From Squalus acanthias (Eukaryota), in assembly GCA_030390025.1 (NCBI GenBank), contig CM059442.1:4092001-4156000 (forward strand): a stretch of DNA of 64,000 nucleotides, written 5' to 3'. The translations under genes and the position numbers were made by a program. The notes under the pieces are model-generated. The model worked only from the letters and a program-made list of their open reading frames with translations, was not told the origin of the DNA and searched no databases. Of the stretch, positions 1 through 12,110 are shown piece after piece; the stretch's first letter is position 1, and the number at the start of each line of letters is the position of its first letter.

Positions 1-263
1 TGGTATTGGGGTAAGCCGCCAAATTCTCTTCCGAGGTGGGGCGGGAGAAAGATATCTGCCGGTGCTGGCACGGGAGGACACCCGCCTGGGTTAAATATCG
101 ACTAAACTAGCGTGTTGTTCGATAAACATCACATGACCAAACGACAACAAATTATTCCAGAATCACAGAACTATGTATAATTTTGTACAGATTCAGAACT
201 TCTCGGACCTGTAATATGTTATATTCAAGAGGGAGACCACCAATTGAAATATTGCACACATAC

Positions 264-518
264 CGTGAACGTGAACATGAACAATTCGAGAAATCTTATC
301 GTCAATAGTACAATGGTACGATCCGCTGTCTTTTGAACTATTCACTCTAATGCTATGCATAGCGTTGCAATTATTCAACTTCATTGAGTGGATCATTCTA
401 TTGCCTTTGTAAAAGCCAACATCTTTCCACAAATAATACTTTCTGTACCGACAATTCAGATTCAGAACATCTCCTTCCATAACCGAAGGTGGGTCGACCT
501 GGAAGGCCACATCGCCTT
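264..518 (-). CDS. Gene 1 Ig exon 'A' (FcR/FCRL D2-like C2-set domain), intact
   Basis: 255 nt, ttag|...|gtatgt, phase 1-1. Translates EGDVAFQVDPPSVMEGDVLNLNCRYRKYYLWKDVGFYKG...DSGSYHC with both Cys. Tandem TAG/AAG acceptor at 516-520. Confidence 0.9.
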
Positions 519-1527
519 CTAATGTTGGGAACACAATTTCATGTTTATTGTTTAAGAAATGCTTAACTCAAACTGAGAACTGCTTCTACAACAGCCGAAT
601 ACACTGGACACGTTATATTGACCCAATCCCAGCTTCAATCAACTCTGGGACAAATGAAGCACAAAAAGGAAGCAGTTGACATTTGGTGCTGAATTGACTG
701 ATGGTTCCAATTGCGGTTTATTGATATCGCTCTCCTCGTGCAGCACTTCCCCACCATTTGTCCCAACTCTTCTTTGGTTGGGACTCTGAAAATAATCTAT
801 GTTGTGCAGAGAGTGTAAGAAACCCCTAAGCAGATAAGGGAATAGAAAATCCGGCACAAAGGATCACTAATTGCTTACCGAACCCGCTGTATATGCATTC
901 TACTGATTTCAATAGAAGAAAATTCCGCCGGATTCTGCGAGGAGCATTCCATCCACCCCACCAGATTCTGGAAGAAGTGCATACAGCTCAGTCTGCATTT
1001 TGACACGCCCAGCGGGCACAGTGTGCCGGAGGTGCGTTGTGAACAGAAGGGAAAGAGTACCCCAAATCTTCCAGGCCTCAGCTATAAGCCTGACTCAGCT
1101 TCACACCCCATCCATTCGCATGAAATCCGCGTATGTTGGGATGGCTTACATTGGTTTTCATACGGCACTCACACACGCACATCAGTCGCCCCTAGAGAAA
1201 TGCCACTCATGTTAACTCTGAAATGGGACTTTCAGGTTGCGGCCGAAGATTAGCAGTTCAAAGGGCTGCAGGACCTATGATCGGCAGGCGGGAGTTTGGG
1301 GGGGAGGGGTGAGTATTAAAGTCAAATAACTACCAACCTTTTTATCTCTTTAGGATGCCCTTGGAACCTCACAAAGACTTTGGTTCGGAGATTATGCCGA
1401 CGAAAGCTCCACCAGCAGTGTTCTTCAAGAGCCCTGCTCTCTTGGGCCCGCCATTGCTAAATGGGTAGGACATTTTTGAGGAAGACCGGAACACCCCCTC
1501 CAGACTCAAATTACATTGTACACAGTA

Positions 1528-1725
1528 TTTACAGCAGAGAAGCAGCTCATTCGGCCCAATAAGTCCATGCAGGTGCTTATCCTCCACATGTGCCTCTTCC
1601 CACCCTTCATCATCTACCCCATCAACATACCCTTCTGTTGCATTCTCCCTCATGTGTTTATCCAGCTTCAGCTTAAATGCAGTTTCCTCACCTATTCCCT
1701 GTGGGAGATAGATCCACATTCTAAA
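1528..1725 (-). mobile_element. Old CR1-type 3' fragment (paralog ~37540-37740)
   Basis: Degenerate WxxLPxxxVE..FKxxLDxxM C-terminus and cattcggccca tail motif. Confidence 0.6.
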
Positions 1726-2110
1726 AGCCCTCTAATTACTCACCCATATGTAGGCCGAGCGATATGTGTACGGGGATGCCCAAGAAATCGCCCAGCAGCG
1801 CCAGAGCACGGGGATGAGACTCAAATGAACTCCAACGACATTTTTGGATAGTTGTCAGGAGCAACCGAGAAGGACCCTTCCCCTCCTACGGATTCATGGA
1901 GCCCTTACATTTAACGGTGTGTGTTATTTTGTCATGTGTGCCCCAGAAACTTGCCTAAAGTGTCCAGCTTGGAATGTTTTCCCAGGAATTGCAGATATTT
2001 ACCAATTTCAACAGCTTCTGACCAAAGAATGTTCTTCGAAACGTTTGCCATCTTTCAGCAAATTACCAAACGGCTAATTTCGGAGGAAAACAACAAAGCC
2101 ACTGACCAAC

Positions 2111-2371
2111 CTGTTACGGTGACGTTTACTTCCGGTGAGACCCACTTCCTGTAGCCTATTTTGCGTTCACATCGATAAGAAGCCTCATCTGTAATTTCCA
2201 CTTCATTTATGATGTACTGAGATTGAGAAGTTCCATGTATTAACTCTTCTTTTCGATACCACAGGATGTATCCTGTTTCTTTCTGGTCAGGCACCAAACA
2301 TTTCAGGATAATTATTTCACCTGACAGCGCGGTTCTTGGGTTTACTTCAAGAGTTATAATAATATCAGAAG
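2111..2371 (-). CDS. Gene 1 Ig exon 'B' (D1-like), intact
   Basis: 261 nt, ttttcag|...|gttggt, phase 1-1. SDIIITLEVNPRTALSGEIIILKC...LWY...DEASYRC...VNVTVT. Confidence 0.9.
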
Positions 2372-2994
2372 CTGAAAATATGTAAGAAATATAAAATAAG
2401 TACAAATTGGAATAATTCAAACTACCGGTATCATATCCTGTAGAATATTTCCTTTAAAGTGCATCGATAGTTATCACTTCAGTAACGAACAACACATCGA
2501 AAACTGAAAAGCCGTAGAGACAAGTGTGGCATTAGAAAGTCACGTGTCTCTTCTGATGTTGAGCTGACGCCCCGTATGTTGTCCTTCAAACGTTCATCAA
2601 ATAACTTTTACTTCGAAACCCGATTCTACAAATCAGCAACAAACTCGGCACTCTGTCAAGGAAAGTCTGTTATTTATTCATCAGATGTTTTGAGACTAAA
2701 GCAGCTGGGATTGTTCTATTTGGAGCAGAGCTGGTCGAAGGGAGATCCGCCAGAATGGTATCAGGGAAGAGGGTCTTCAGTTTTGTGGACTTGCTGCACG
2801 CTTCATCCTAGTGATCATTTGGCAATTTTGTTCAAGTATGTAATATGTTTGATACACTGTCTTACGAGATACTGAGAGGCCTCTTTAAAAACGTTACTTT
2901 TCGGGACAAGAGCTGAGTTGACTATGGGTCAAAGTTCATCGACCGATGGTGGCCACTTCCAGCGGTTTGCCTCAGCAGCCAATAATAAAGAATG

Positions 2995-3370
2995 GGCGTG
3001 GCTCACTGGGTGCCCACTCGCCTCTGAGACAGTATATCGTGGAGTCGAACCCCACTCCAGAGACTCCCGGTGTCATTATTAGAAGATAAACGGAGCCATT
3101 CTGATGAGACATTATACCGAGGCCCCGTATTTCCAATAAGATGGGCGGGAAAGATCCCACAAAAATAAATGGAAGAGCAATCCCTCAACCAGCAGAAGTG
3201 AAAAGATGATCTGATCATTATTGCACTGTTACTTGCGGGAGCTTGCTCTGCCCCAATTGGCTTTCACTTATCTCACGTTACATCTGTGACTATATTTGAA
3301 AAGTATGTAATTGTCTGTGAAGTGTTATCGGAGGTCATGAAAGACGGTATATAAATGCAGATCTTTCTGT
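2995..3370 (+). mobile_element. tRNA-derived Deu-domain-like SINE, degenerate (paralog ~39010-39372)
   Basis: tRNA-like head (gtggctcactgg...gtcgaacccc), central gatgagacattataccgaggcccc, L2-like tail (gctatataaatgca-type). Confidence 0.6.
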
Positions 3371-3413
3371 CTTTTGCTATTTTCTATGATTTAAAGTGTG
3401 AATGTTCACCTAC

Positions 3414-3664
3414 CGATGGTGACCACTTCCAGGGGCTCACTCTTCTCCCATTTGTTCGACCACAGATCACACTGGTAAAAGCCTCCACTGCTACTGTCCG
3501 CAAGCGATTCATAATACACATTGTGAGTTTCATGTAAATATATATTATTTTTGAACCAATTAGCGAAAGTAGCTTTGCCACTGTATCGACGCTGCAGTTC
3601 AAATTCCTCTCCTTCTTTACGACACCACTGCTGGGATAACTAATTAGCACTTCCGGCCCAGGAG
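3414..3664 (-). pseudogene. Gene 1 Ig exon 'C' (N-terminal Ig domain), frameshifted
   Basis: 251 nt versus 252 nt in the paralog at 39417-39668. 1-nt deletion after ...SSGVV and expected first Cys reads CGT (Arg). Corrected frame gives WFKNN...GGFYQC...EPLEVVTI. Splice sites ctgcag| and |gtaggt intact. Confidence 0.85.
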
Positions 3665-3869
3665 CTGCAGAAAGACAAGAAATTGAATTTATGAATAGAA
3701 ATATTTAAACTTGTAATCTATGCACTATCCACTGTAGTAAATACAGTGTGTATTTCTGCTCAGTGTCCCAACCAGTCTCTACGTCAAGGCTTTCTATCGA
3801 TCAGAATTTCTATTTAAGAGGTGATATTAAATTTCTGAAATCGGGAGGTAACGGCCTCGAAATGGGATC

Positions 3870-4075
3870 ATAGAAACACAGAAACATAGAAGATAGGAGC
3901 AGGATTAGGCCATTCGGCCCCTCGAGCCTGTTCTGCTATTTAATGAGATCATGGCTGATCATTCAAATTCAGTTCCCTTTCCCTGCTTTCTCCCCATATC
4001 CCTTGATCCCTTTAGCCTTAAGAAATATATCTAACTCCTTCTTGAATATATTTAATGATTTGGCCTGAACTGCCG
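3870..4075 (-). mobile_element. CR1 3' end with short-repeat tail
   Basis: (atagaaac)n tail, ggccattcggcccctcgagcc, ORF fragment SLNIFKKELDIFLKAKGIKGYGEKAG. Confidence 0.75.
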
Positions 4076-4304
4076 GTAGATTTACCATCCCTTTAACGCC
4101 GACACTCTGCCCCCTACCATTTTCACAAGGACCAGTGGGTGGGCTGCACAACACCTCCCTGTATCAGGCAGTAGTCTTTTTAATTATAACAAACAAGTTA
4201 AATCTGAACAGTGTCTCCTTATTTACTGTATCAAACCTTTCATGATTTTGAACACCTGTATCAAATCACACATTAAACTGCTGTGCTCAAAGGAGAACCT
4301 GAGC

Positions 4305-4935
4305 AGGGAGACAGAGGAAAGGGAAACAAGGATAAAAGCAAAAGACAGGAAGGAGAAACACAAAAGTAGAAGGCAAAGAACTCAACGGTTTAAATCAAAA
4401 ATGGTCACAGTAAATAACAATTCATATAGCTGTGACAGAGTTAAAAAACAAGCCTGAAATCTTTGTGTCTTAATGCAAGGAGCATTCGGAACAAGGTGGA
4501 TGAATTAGCTGCGCAAATAAAGGTAAACGAATACGATTTGATTGGGATTACCGAAACATGGCTCCAGGGTGGACAAGGCTGGGAACTCAACATCCAGGGG
4601 TATTCAATATTTAGTAAAGATAGGCAAAAATGAAAGGTTGGTGGGGTAGCATTGCTGGTTAAAGAGGGGATTAACACAATTGAAAGGAAGTATATTAGCT
4701 CTTATGATGCGGAATCTGTATGGGTAGAACAGTAAATTAAAAAGGGGCAGAAAACGTTAGTGGGAGTGGTATTTAGAACTCCAAACAGTAATACGGAGGG
4801 TGGGTATGGCATAAAAAGGGATATTAGAGAAGCATGCAGTAAGGGCACAGCAGTCATCATGGGTGACTTTAATTTACATATAGATTGGGCTAACCAATTT
4901 AGTAAAAATACTGTGGAGGAGGAATTCCTAGAATG
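4305..4935 (+). mobile_element. CR1 LINE ORF2 endonuclease fragment
   Basis: LNARSIRNKVDEL...IGITETWL...GGVALLVK...IMGDFNLHIDW (APE motifs), with stops. Confidence 0.9.
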
Positions 4936-7170
4936 TTGCGACCAGAACTGCACACTGTATTCCAGCTGTGGCATAACTAGCGTTTTGTACTGCTCCATCA
5001 TAACCTCCCTGCTATTATATTCTATGACTCGGCTAATGAAGGCAAGTATCCCATATGCCTTTTTAAACATCTTATCTACCTGTCCTGCTGTCTTCAGGGA
5101 TCTATGTACAAGCACACCAAGGTCCCTATGATCTTCTTTCCTTCCTATTGTCCGACCATTCATTGTGTATTCCTTTGCCTTGTCAGTCCTCCCAAAATGC
5201 ATCACCTCACATTTTTCGCGGTTGAATTCCATTTGCCACTGTTCTGCCCATCTAACCAACCCGGCTATATCATACTTAAGCCTGAGGCTTCCTTCCTCGC
5301 TATTTACCAGTCCACCAATTTCCGTGTCATCTGCGAACTTACTTTTCATATGTCCTATATTCATAGCTAAATCGTGAATTTACACTACAAACAGCAAAGG
5401 ACCCAAAACCGGTCCCTGCGTTACGCCATTGGACACAGGCTTGCAGTCACAAAAACATCTTTCGATCATCACACTCTGCCTCCTGCAACTAAGCCATTTT
5501 TGGATCCAATGTGCCAAATTGCCCTGTATCCCATGGGCTCTTAACTTCTTGACCAATCTCCCATGCGGGACATTGTCAAAAACCTTACTGAAGTCCATGT
5601 AGATTACATTAACTGCACTACTCTCATCCAGGCACCTAGTCACCCCTCGAAAAATTCAATCAAATTGCTTAAAAATGATCTCCCCCTTACAAAGCCATGC
5701 TGACTATCATTGATTATTCCTTTCCTCTTCAAGTGGAGACTAATTCTGTACCTCAGAATTTTTTTTCCAATAATTTCCTTACCACTGATGTTAGGCTCAC
5801 TGGCCTGTAATTCCCTGGATTATCCGTACTACCCTTCTTGAATAATGCTACTACGTTAGCTGTTCTCCAGTCCTCTGGCACCTCCCCTGTGGCCAGAGAG
5901 GTTCTGAAAATTTGTGTCAGAGCGCCTGCAATCTCCTCCCTTGCGTCACACAACAGCCTGGGATACATCTTGTCAGGGCCTGGTGATTTATCCACTTTTA
6001 AGCCCGCTCAAACAGTTAGTACCTCCGCTCTCTCAATACCAATTTATTCAAGTATATCACAATCCCCCTGCCTGATTTCTATGCCTACATCGTCCTTCTC
6101 CATAGTGTACACAGATGCAAGATATTTATTTAAATCCTCACCTACATCCTCCGGCTCTACACAAAGATTGCCTCTTTGGTCCCTAATGGGCACTACTCTT
6201 TCCTTGCTTATCCTCTTCCCCTTAATATACTTATAAAACAACTTTGGGATTTTCCTTTATTTTGTCCGCCAGTGTTTTTTCACGCCCGCTCTTCGCTCTC
6301 CTAATTTCATTTTTCAGTACCCCCTTTGCAAGTTCTATACTCCTCTCTGGCTTCCACTGTTTTTATTCGTTCTATTTGCCAAAAGCCTTCCCTTTTTACC
6401 TCTTACATTCTTGTTTGTTCCTGGACATCCAGGGTTCCCTGGGTTTGTTGGTCCGACCCTTGACCTTTACGGGAACATGTTGGCGTTGTAGTCTCTCTAT
6501 TTCCTTCCTGAAAGACTCCCACTGCTCTGATGTGGATTTTCCTACAAGTTGCTGATCCCAGTCCACTGTGGCCAGATGCTGCCTTATCGTATTAAAATAG
6601 GCCTTTCCCCAATTTAGAACCTTTATTTCCGGTCCATCTTTGTCCTTTTCCATGACTCCCTTAAATCTCGTCGAATCATGGTCACTGTCACCAAAATGCT
6701 CTCCTACAGACTCTTCTACCTCTTGTCAGGCTACATTCACTAGAATTAGGTCCAGTACTGCCCCCTTTCTTGTAGGAGTCTTTGCATGCGGTCTGAAAAA
6801 GCCCTCCTGGATGCACTTTAAGAATTCTGCACCCTCTATTCCTTTCATACTCTGACTATCCCAGTTAATATTGGGGACGTTGGAATCCACTACTATGATT
6901 ACCCTATTATTTCGACACTTCTCTGAGATTTGCCTACATATCTGTTCCTCTATCTCCCTCTGACTGTTTGGGGGCCTAACGTAAAGTCCCAGCAACGTGC
7001 TTGCCCCCTTTTTGTTTATAAATTCTACCCATATGGCCTCATTCGAGGAAGCTGCTAAGATATCATCCCTCCTTACAGCAGTAATTGACTCCTTGATTAA
7101 TATTGCGACACCCCATCCTCTATTACACCCTCCTCTGGCTCGCATGAAGATTCTATACCCCGGAATATTG
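4936..7170 (-). mobile_element. CR1 LINE ORF2 fragment (endonuclease-RT), disrupted
   Basis: KSPGPD, NYRPVSLTSV, YMDFSKVFD, QGPVLGP, KFADDT motifs over several frames; lacks the 3' tail. Confidence 0.92.
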
Positions 7171-7429
7171 AGTAACTACAGTGGGTATTCCTATTCAGTG
7201 TCCGAACCAGGCGCTACCTAACGGGTGTCTATTGATCGGCATTTTTATTTAAGAGCTGATATTAACTTGCTCAAATCGGGTGCTAACAACCTCGAGATGG
7301 GATCGGTAGACTTACAATCCCGTTAACGCCGACATTCTACCCCCTACCTATTTTAGAAGTACGAATTGCACAACCGCCTACCTGTATCAGACGGTAGGCG
7401 TTTTAAATCTAACAATTAACTTAAATGTG

Positions 7430-8030
7430 AGCAGTGTCTCCTTATTTACTGCATCAAAGCATTTCGTGTTTTTGAACACCTCTATCAAATCACACCTTAA
7501 CCTTCTGCGTTCAAAGGAGAACAGCTCTGGATTCTCCATAAACTGAAATCCCGTGTCCCTGCTATAAATTTAGTAACTTTCCTTTGCAATTTCCAGCGTT
7601 AAATTGCATCTGCCATGTGTCTGCCCATTTTGCTAGTCTGTCTTTATCCCCCAGAATTATTTTTCTATCTTCCACATTGCTTGCTACATTTCCGAACTTC
7701 TTTGATTCTGCAAGGTTTGTAATTGTGTCCGGTATATTCAAGTCCAGGTGATATATAATTATCAGAAAGAACAGTGATCCCAATACAGAACTCCGAGAGA
7801 CACCACTGAATATTCCCTTCCAGTCTAAAAAAGCGAAAATTCACAACTACACTCTGCTTTTTTGTCTCAGCGAATTTCGTCGCCACGCTGCCACTGCCCC
7901 TTAATCTCATGGTTTTCAATTTTGCTTCCAAGACTCTTATGTAGTGCTTCATTAAGCACACTGTGAAGGTTTTTCAACAAAATTAACCGCGCAAATTTCG
8001 TGTGCATTCTCTGTTGCTTCATCAAAGATC
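7430..8030 (-). mobile_element. Old CR1 RT remnant (paralog ~40000-40570)
   Basis: DRLAKWADTWQMQFNAGNC. Confidence 0.7.
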
Positions 8031-9014
8031 TCTCTATCTATCCATCCATTTATTTCCTCAGTTATGATTACTCGCTGCCAATCCTCAGTTAAGTGAGCTG
8101 GCAATTACAGAGACCAATTTCTAGGACAGACTAGTCTTTAACGTATTGTGGTAGACATTAAACCTGGCGTTGCTGCTTAAAACTGGGGTTCTGATTGGCC
8201 TGACCGTGAATGAAACCGCCCAAATTACATTCCCACTGAATCAATGGAAATGATGATCGAGCGTTTCTCTTGTAGGTGGCGAACCCAGAATGTCAGTTTT
8301 ACTCTCGGGCGACCGGCTGAAAATTACTCCATTGCTGGATTGCTGCTATTCTAAAATTGGCAGCTATCATTCAACAAACCGAATCATTTTCAAGAATTGA
8401 CATTAATTTCATCATACCTTGTGTGGTCGATTGATGCGTGATATGCACTGCAAGAGAGAAGACAATGTAAATTATGTTTGATTATCTGTGACCATCTTCA
8501 CTGTTGAACTAAGCTGCAAAGCTGGAAGACAGCTGAATAGAGGAATCAGCCAGGGTGTGAAATTGGACTACGGCAGGGATATAAATCAGGCGGTAACATA
8601 TTTGCCGGCAGTCTATACGTGCCGAAAGTTATTCAGTTCAGTTGATGTAAATAAAAATTAATAATACATCGAATTATGCCAATTGACCCTGTCACGAACA
8701 AAGATAAGATATGTGTTACTGTTGAAGATCCTAATGGTCTGAGGACTACACGGAAATAATGCTGCCAGATGAAAGGAAACTGACAAAGATTGAAATGATT
8801 CATTGTTCTGAGAGCCACTGAGTGTGATTGTTCAGACAAGGAGAAGGGAACATTTCTTCAAAATTAGTGATAGTCCATTTATGATGGAAATCAGAAATCA
8901 CCTTTTCAGAAAATGTTTAGTGATGAATGTGATGCTCTCTCCACAAAAAACGCTGTGGACTCTGGGTTAAATTGGAGCTTTCAAGACGGGGATCGATTGA
9001 TTTTAGTTAAAAGA

Positions 9015-9400
9015 ATGAAAGAAATAGTTGCATTTATACAGCGCCTTTCAAGATCTCAGAACTTCCCGAAGCGCATTACAGCCACTGGAGCACTTTTGAA
9101 GTGTAGTCACTGTAGGAAATGTGGCAGCCAATTTTCACAGTGATGCTGATAATGACCAGATAATCTGTTTTTGTTATGTTGATTGAGGGACAAATATAGG
9201 CCAGAGCACCGGAGATAACATCCCCGACGGGGCCTCCCTTTCATTTCTCATCCGAAAGACGGCACCTCCTACAATGCAGCACTCTCTCAGCACTGCACTG
9301 GAGTTCGAGCCTAGATTTTTGTGCTCCAGTCTGGAGTGCGACTGCAATCCAAGAAACTTCTCACTCAGAGGCGAGCATGCTACCCACTGAGCCTCAGCTG
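9015..9400 (-). mobile_element. tRNA-derived Deu-domain-like SINE (paralog ~41560-41940)
   Basis: Reverse strand aggctcagtgggtagc head and gtgctgcattgtaggaggtgccgtctttcggatgaga core. Confidence 0.7.
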
Positions 9401-10469
9401 AAACTAGTTCAGTAAGGTTATCAATAGATATTGAGAAAAGGGGGTTAATTGGAGTTGAGGTACAGATCAAACATGAAATAAATGAATGACAGAGCATCCA
9501 GGAAGAGCTGAATGAGCTACTCCTGTTCTTAATATTCTATCATCATTTAAGTTAACTTTGTCCTAATCAGAATCACAAGTTTTGACTGGGTTACAACTGT
9601 TGCTCGTGAAGACAGTACATGAACAAGCAGCTGGATGCAGAAATCTTTCGACGCGCCTCAGACAGCAGGAATCAAACTACTAAGGCAATGCCTGTTGCTG
9701 AAAACTTTGCAAAAATAATTGCAAAATATTAAACGATCAATGCAGATGTGTCTCCATATCATTGATTTACATGTAGAACCTGGGCCTTTTGTCCAGCTGG
9801 TATTCAATGGGGTGAATGTTTCAAGTATTTAATTTGGCCAATTCTTTCCGCAAGGTGGGTTTTATGTGCTGTGCAACAAATAAAACATGGGGGCGGTTAT
9901 AAGCTCAAGAACAAACAAGTTAAGAATTACTTATCATCGTTTAAGGTCTACCGCATTAAGCTGTGGAACTAGCTGTGGCTAACATGGTCCCACAACTAAT
10001 GTCAAGTTATTAAAATAGTTGAGGTTCTGGTAAAAAAGTCGGTGGTACATAAAAGATGCAAACACTGTGTGTGTTCCTGTTTTCTGCTCTTGTGGTCCAG
10101 TGGTTAACAAGACAACAGAGCGCTGTGGTCAGCATCTCACAGCAAGTCTCTCTCAATGTCATGTGACCATGAAGAGTCAATTCATTCTAAATTGCAATAA
10201 ATTGCATCAGACATTAATATTAAAGATCCACAATTATAAATTTCCCTGCCATAAACCTTGAAGCCGTCAGTTTAGGTCAAGTTAAATCAAAGTAAATGTT
10301 ATCTTATTCAGCTTTATTAACTCGAGGTTAGGTAGCAGATATTAAACTAGCCTGAAATTCAAAATGGTGCCCCATTATCACATTGCTGCATGTTGTTCTC
10401 CCTTACATCAGTAATTTAAAAAAAATAATCATAGTGTTTGCTCATAGGTGAGTTGAAAAAATTGCTAAT

Positions 10470-11110
10470 GCTTTCTCTCTCTCTGTCTCGCTCTGTCCCT
10501 ATCTGTGTATCTCTCGCTCTGCCTCTCTCTCTTTCTCTCTCTCTCTCTCTCACTGAATCTTAGCCTTCTGTTTGTCTGTCTCTCGCTCTCTCTGTCTCTC
10601 CCTCGCCGACTCTCTCTCTCTGTCACACTTTCCCGGTCTACATCTGTTTGCCTGTAGATCTCTCGGCCTCACTCTCTCTCTGACTTGCCTTATGTCAGTT
10701 TCACTGTCTGCATGTCACTCTCTGTTGCTCTCTCTCTGTCTATTTGACTCTCTTTGTCTTTCTCATTGGCTATCTGTCTCACTGCATTTGTTTTCATTCT
10801 ACCTGTGTCTCTCACTTTGTGTCTGTACCACCTTGTCTCTCCCTCATATTCTCTGTCTCTGTGCCTCTTTTTGTATGTCTCTCTCTATGTAATGTGTGTC
10901 TATGTCTTGCTGTATCTCTTTGACTCTGATTCTCGTGTGTAAATCTTCCTCTTTGACTCTGACACATTGGCTCCATATCTCTCTCTCTTGCTCTCTCTCC
11001 CTTTGACTCTATCTCTGTCGCGGTCTCTCTCTGCATTTTTCGCTATCTGTGTGTGTTTGTTTGTGTCTGTGTCTAAGTTTCTCCCTCTCTATCTCTCTAT
11101 CGATCTATCT
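10470..11110. repeat. TC/TG-rich low-complexity tract (paralog ~43390-44040)
   Basis: Imperfect (TC)n/(TG)n. Confidence 0.9.
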
Positions 11111-11716
11111 TTAGCCCGGTCATTCTATAGCAGATGTTAAACAAGAAGCCAGCCTGTGCCACACAAAATCATTAAGCAATAATATCGACAAAGATTAACA
11201 GCTAGCCACAGAAACCAAGCACTGCAAATCTCACTGCATTAATTAATAGCATTTAGTAAGAGTGAAACAACTGGGACAACGCTGACACTTGATATGAAGT
11301 GCATTAAAATTTTAATTCCTACTTTTAAACAAAACTACAGGAATTAGATATTTGAAAGCAGTTTCTGCAGTTGAGGCTAAATAATTGGTAAAGCAAAAAA
11401 TACGAGGCTGTATAGAAGCAATCTTAAGTGGGCTGCAACCTTTTATAGTAAAGGGGATCTCCTTGCATGAGCAGAAAGATCCTGCTACCCTGAATAATCA
11501 AACTTAGGTCTGTTGTTGCACTAAATTATGATTAAAACTGACACATAGAAATGACATTTCAAAGCATTTTAAATATATGTCTTACATTCAGAAACTGTCA
11601 ATATCAATTTAGTGTGACGCTCCCTCTCACAGAATGAACCATACTAATCTGATTATAGGTTTGGGGTGAGTGACGCAGATTTTCAAAGGCACTGGCAATA
11701 TTTGAGATTCACTTAC

Positions 11717-11747
11717 AGATGATCAGAAGGCGACAGATGTGCTTCAT
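11717..11747 (-). CDS. Gene 1 first coding exon (signal peptide part 1, MKHICRLLII)
   Basis: ATG at 11747, 31 coding nt then |gtaagt (phase 1). Exon acceptor cttttcag| before 11831. Conserved in the paralog at 44628-44658. Confidence 0.75.
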
Positions 11748-11929
11748 TTCGAATGCGGGGGATACCAAAAGAAGACGCTCTCCCTCTGTGAAGACGCGCG
11801 CTTCGGAGCAGCTGTTTTCAGTTCCTAATACCTGAAAAGTGTAATCATAGAATCACATTCAGCCGCTAACTCTGTTCGACTTCTTCAGTAACACACGCCC
11901 GCGCGCGCAGATCCCGAAACTGTACTTAC

Positions 11930-12010
11930 GGGCAATGTGGAGAGAGCGGCTGTAGCGAGTTTACCGAGTGCAGTCTGTAGCTGTGGAGATCACTGCCCAT
12001 GCGCCTGGCG
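11930..12010 (-). other. Gene 1 probable 5'-UTR exon (5' end uncertain)
   Basis: Strong donor |gtaagt at 11929-11924, 98-nt intron to the leader exon, GC-rich, conserved in gene 2 (donor next to 44841). Confidence 0.55.
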
Positions 12011-12038
12011 ACTGCGCACTGAGATCAGGCTGACTTCT

Positions 12039-12110
12039 GACCACATAAGAGAAAAGGGGAACTTAAACCAGACATGATGACCAGTCCACCCTAACGCTGA
12101 AAAGTGAACT
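12039..12110. promoter_or_regulatory. Candidate leukocyte promoter of gene 1 (RUNX, PU.1/Spi, IRF-like sites)
   Basis: GACCACA 12039-12045, GAAAAGGGGAACTT 12051-12064 and GAAAAGTGAACT 12099-12110, just upstream of the 5' exon. Motif match only. Confidence 0.5.
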
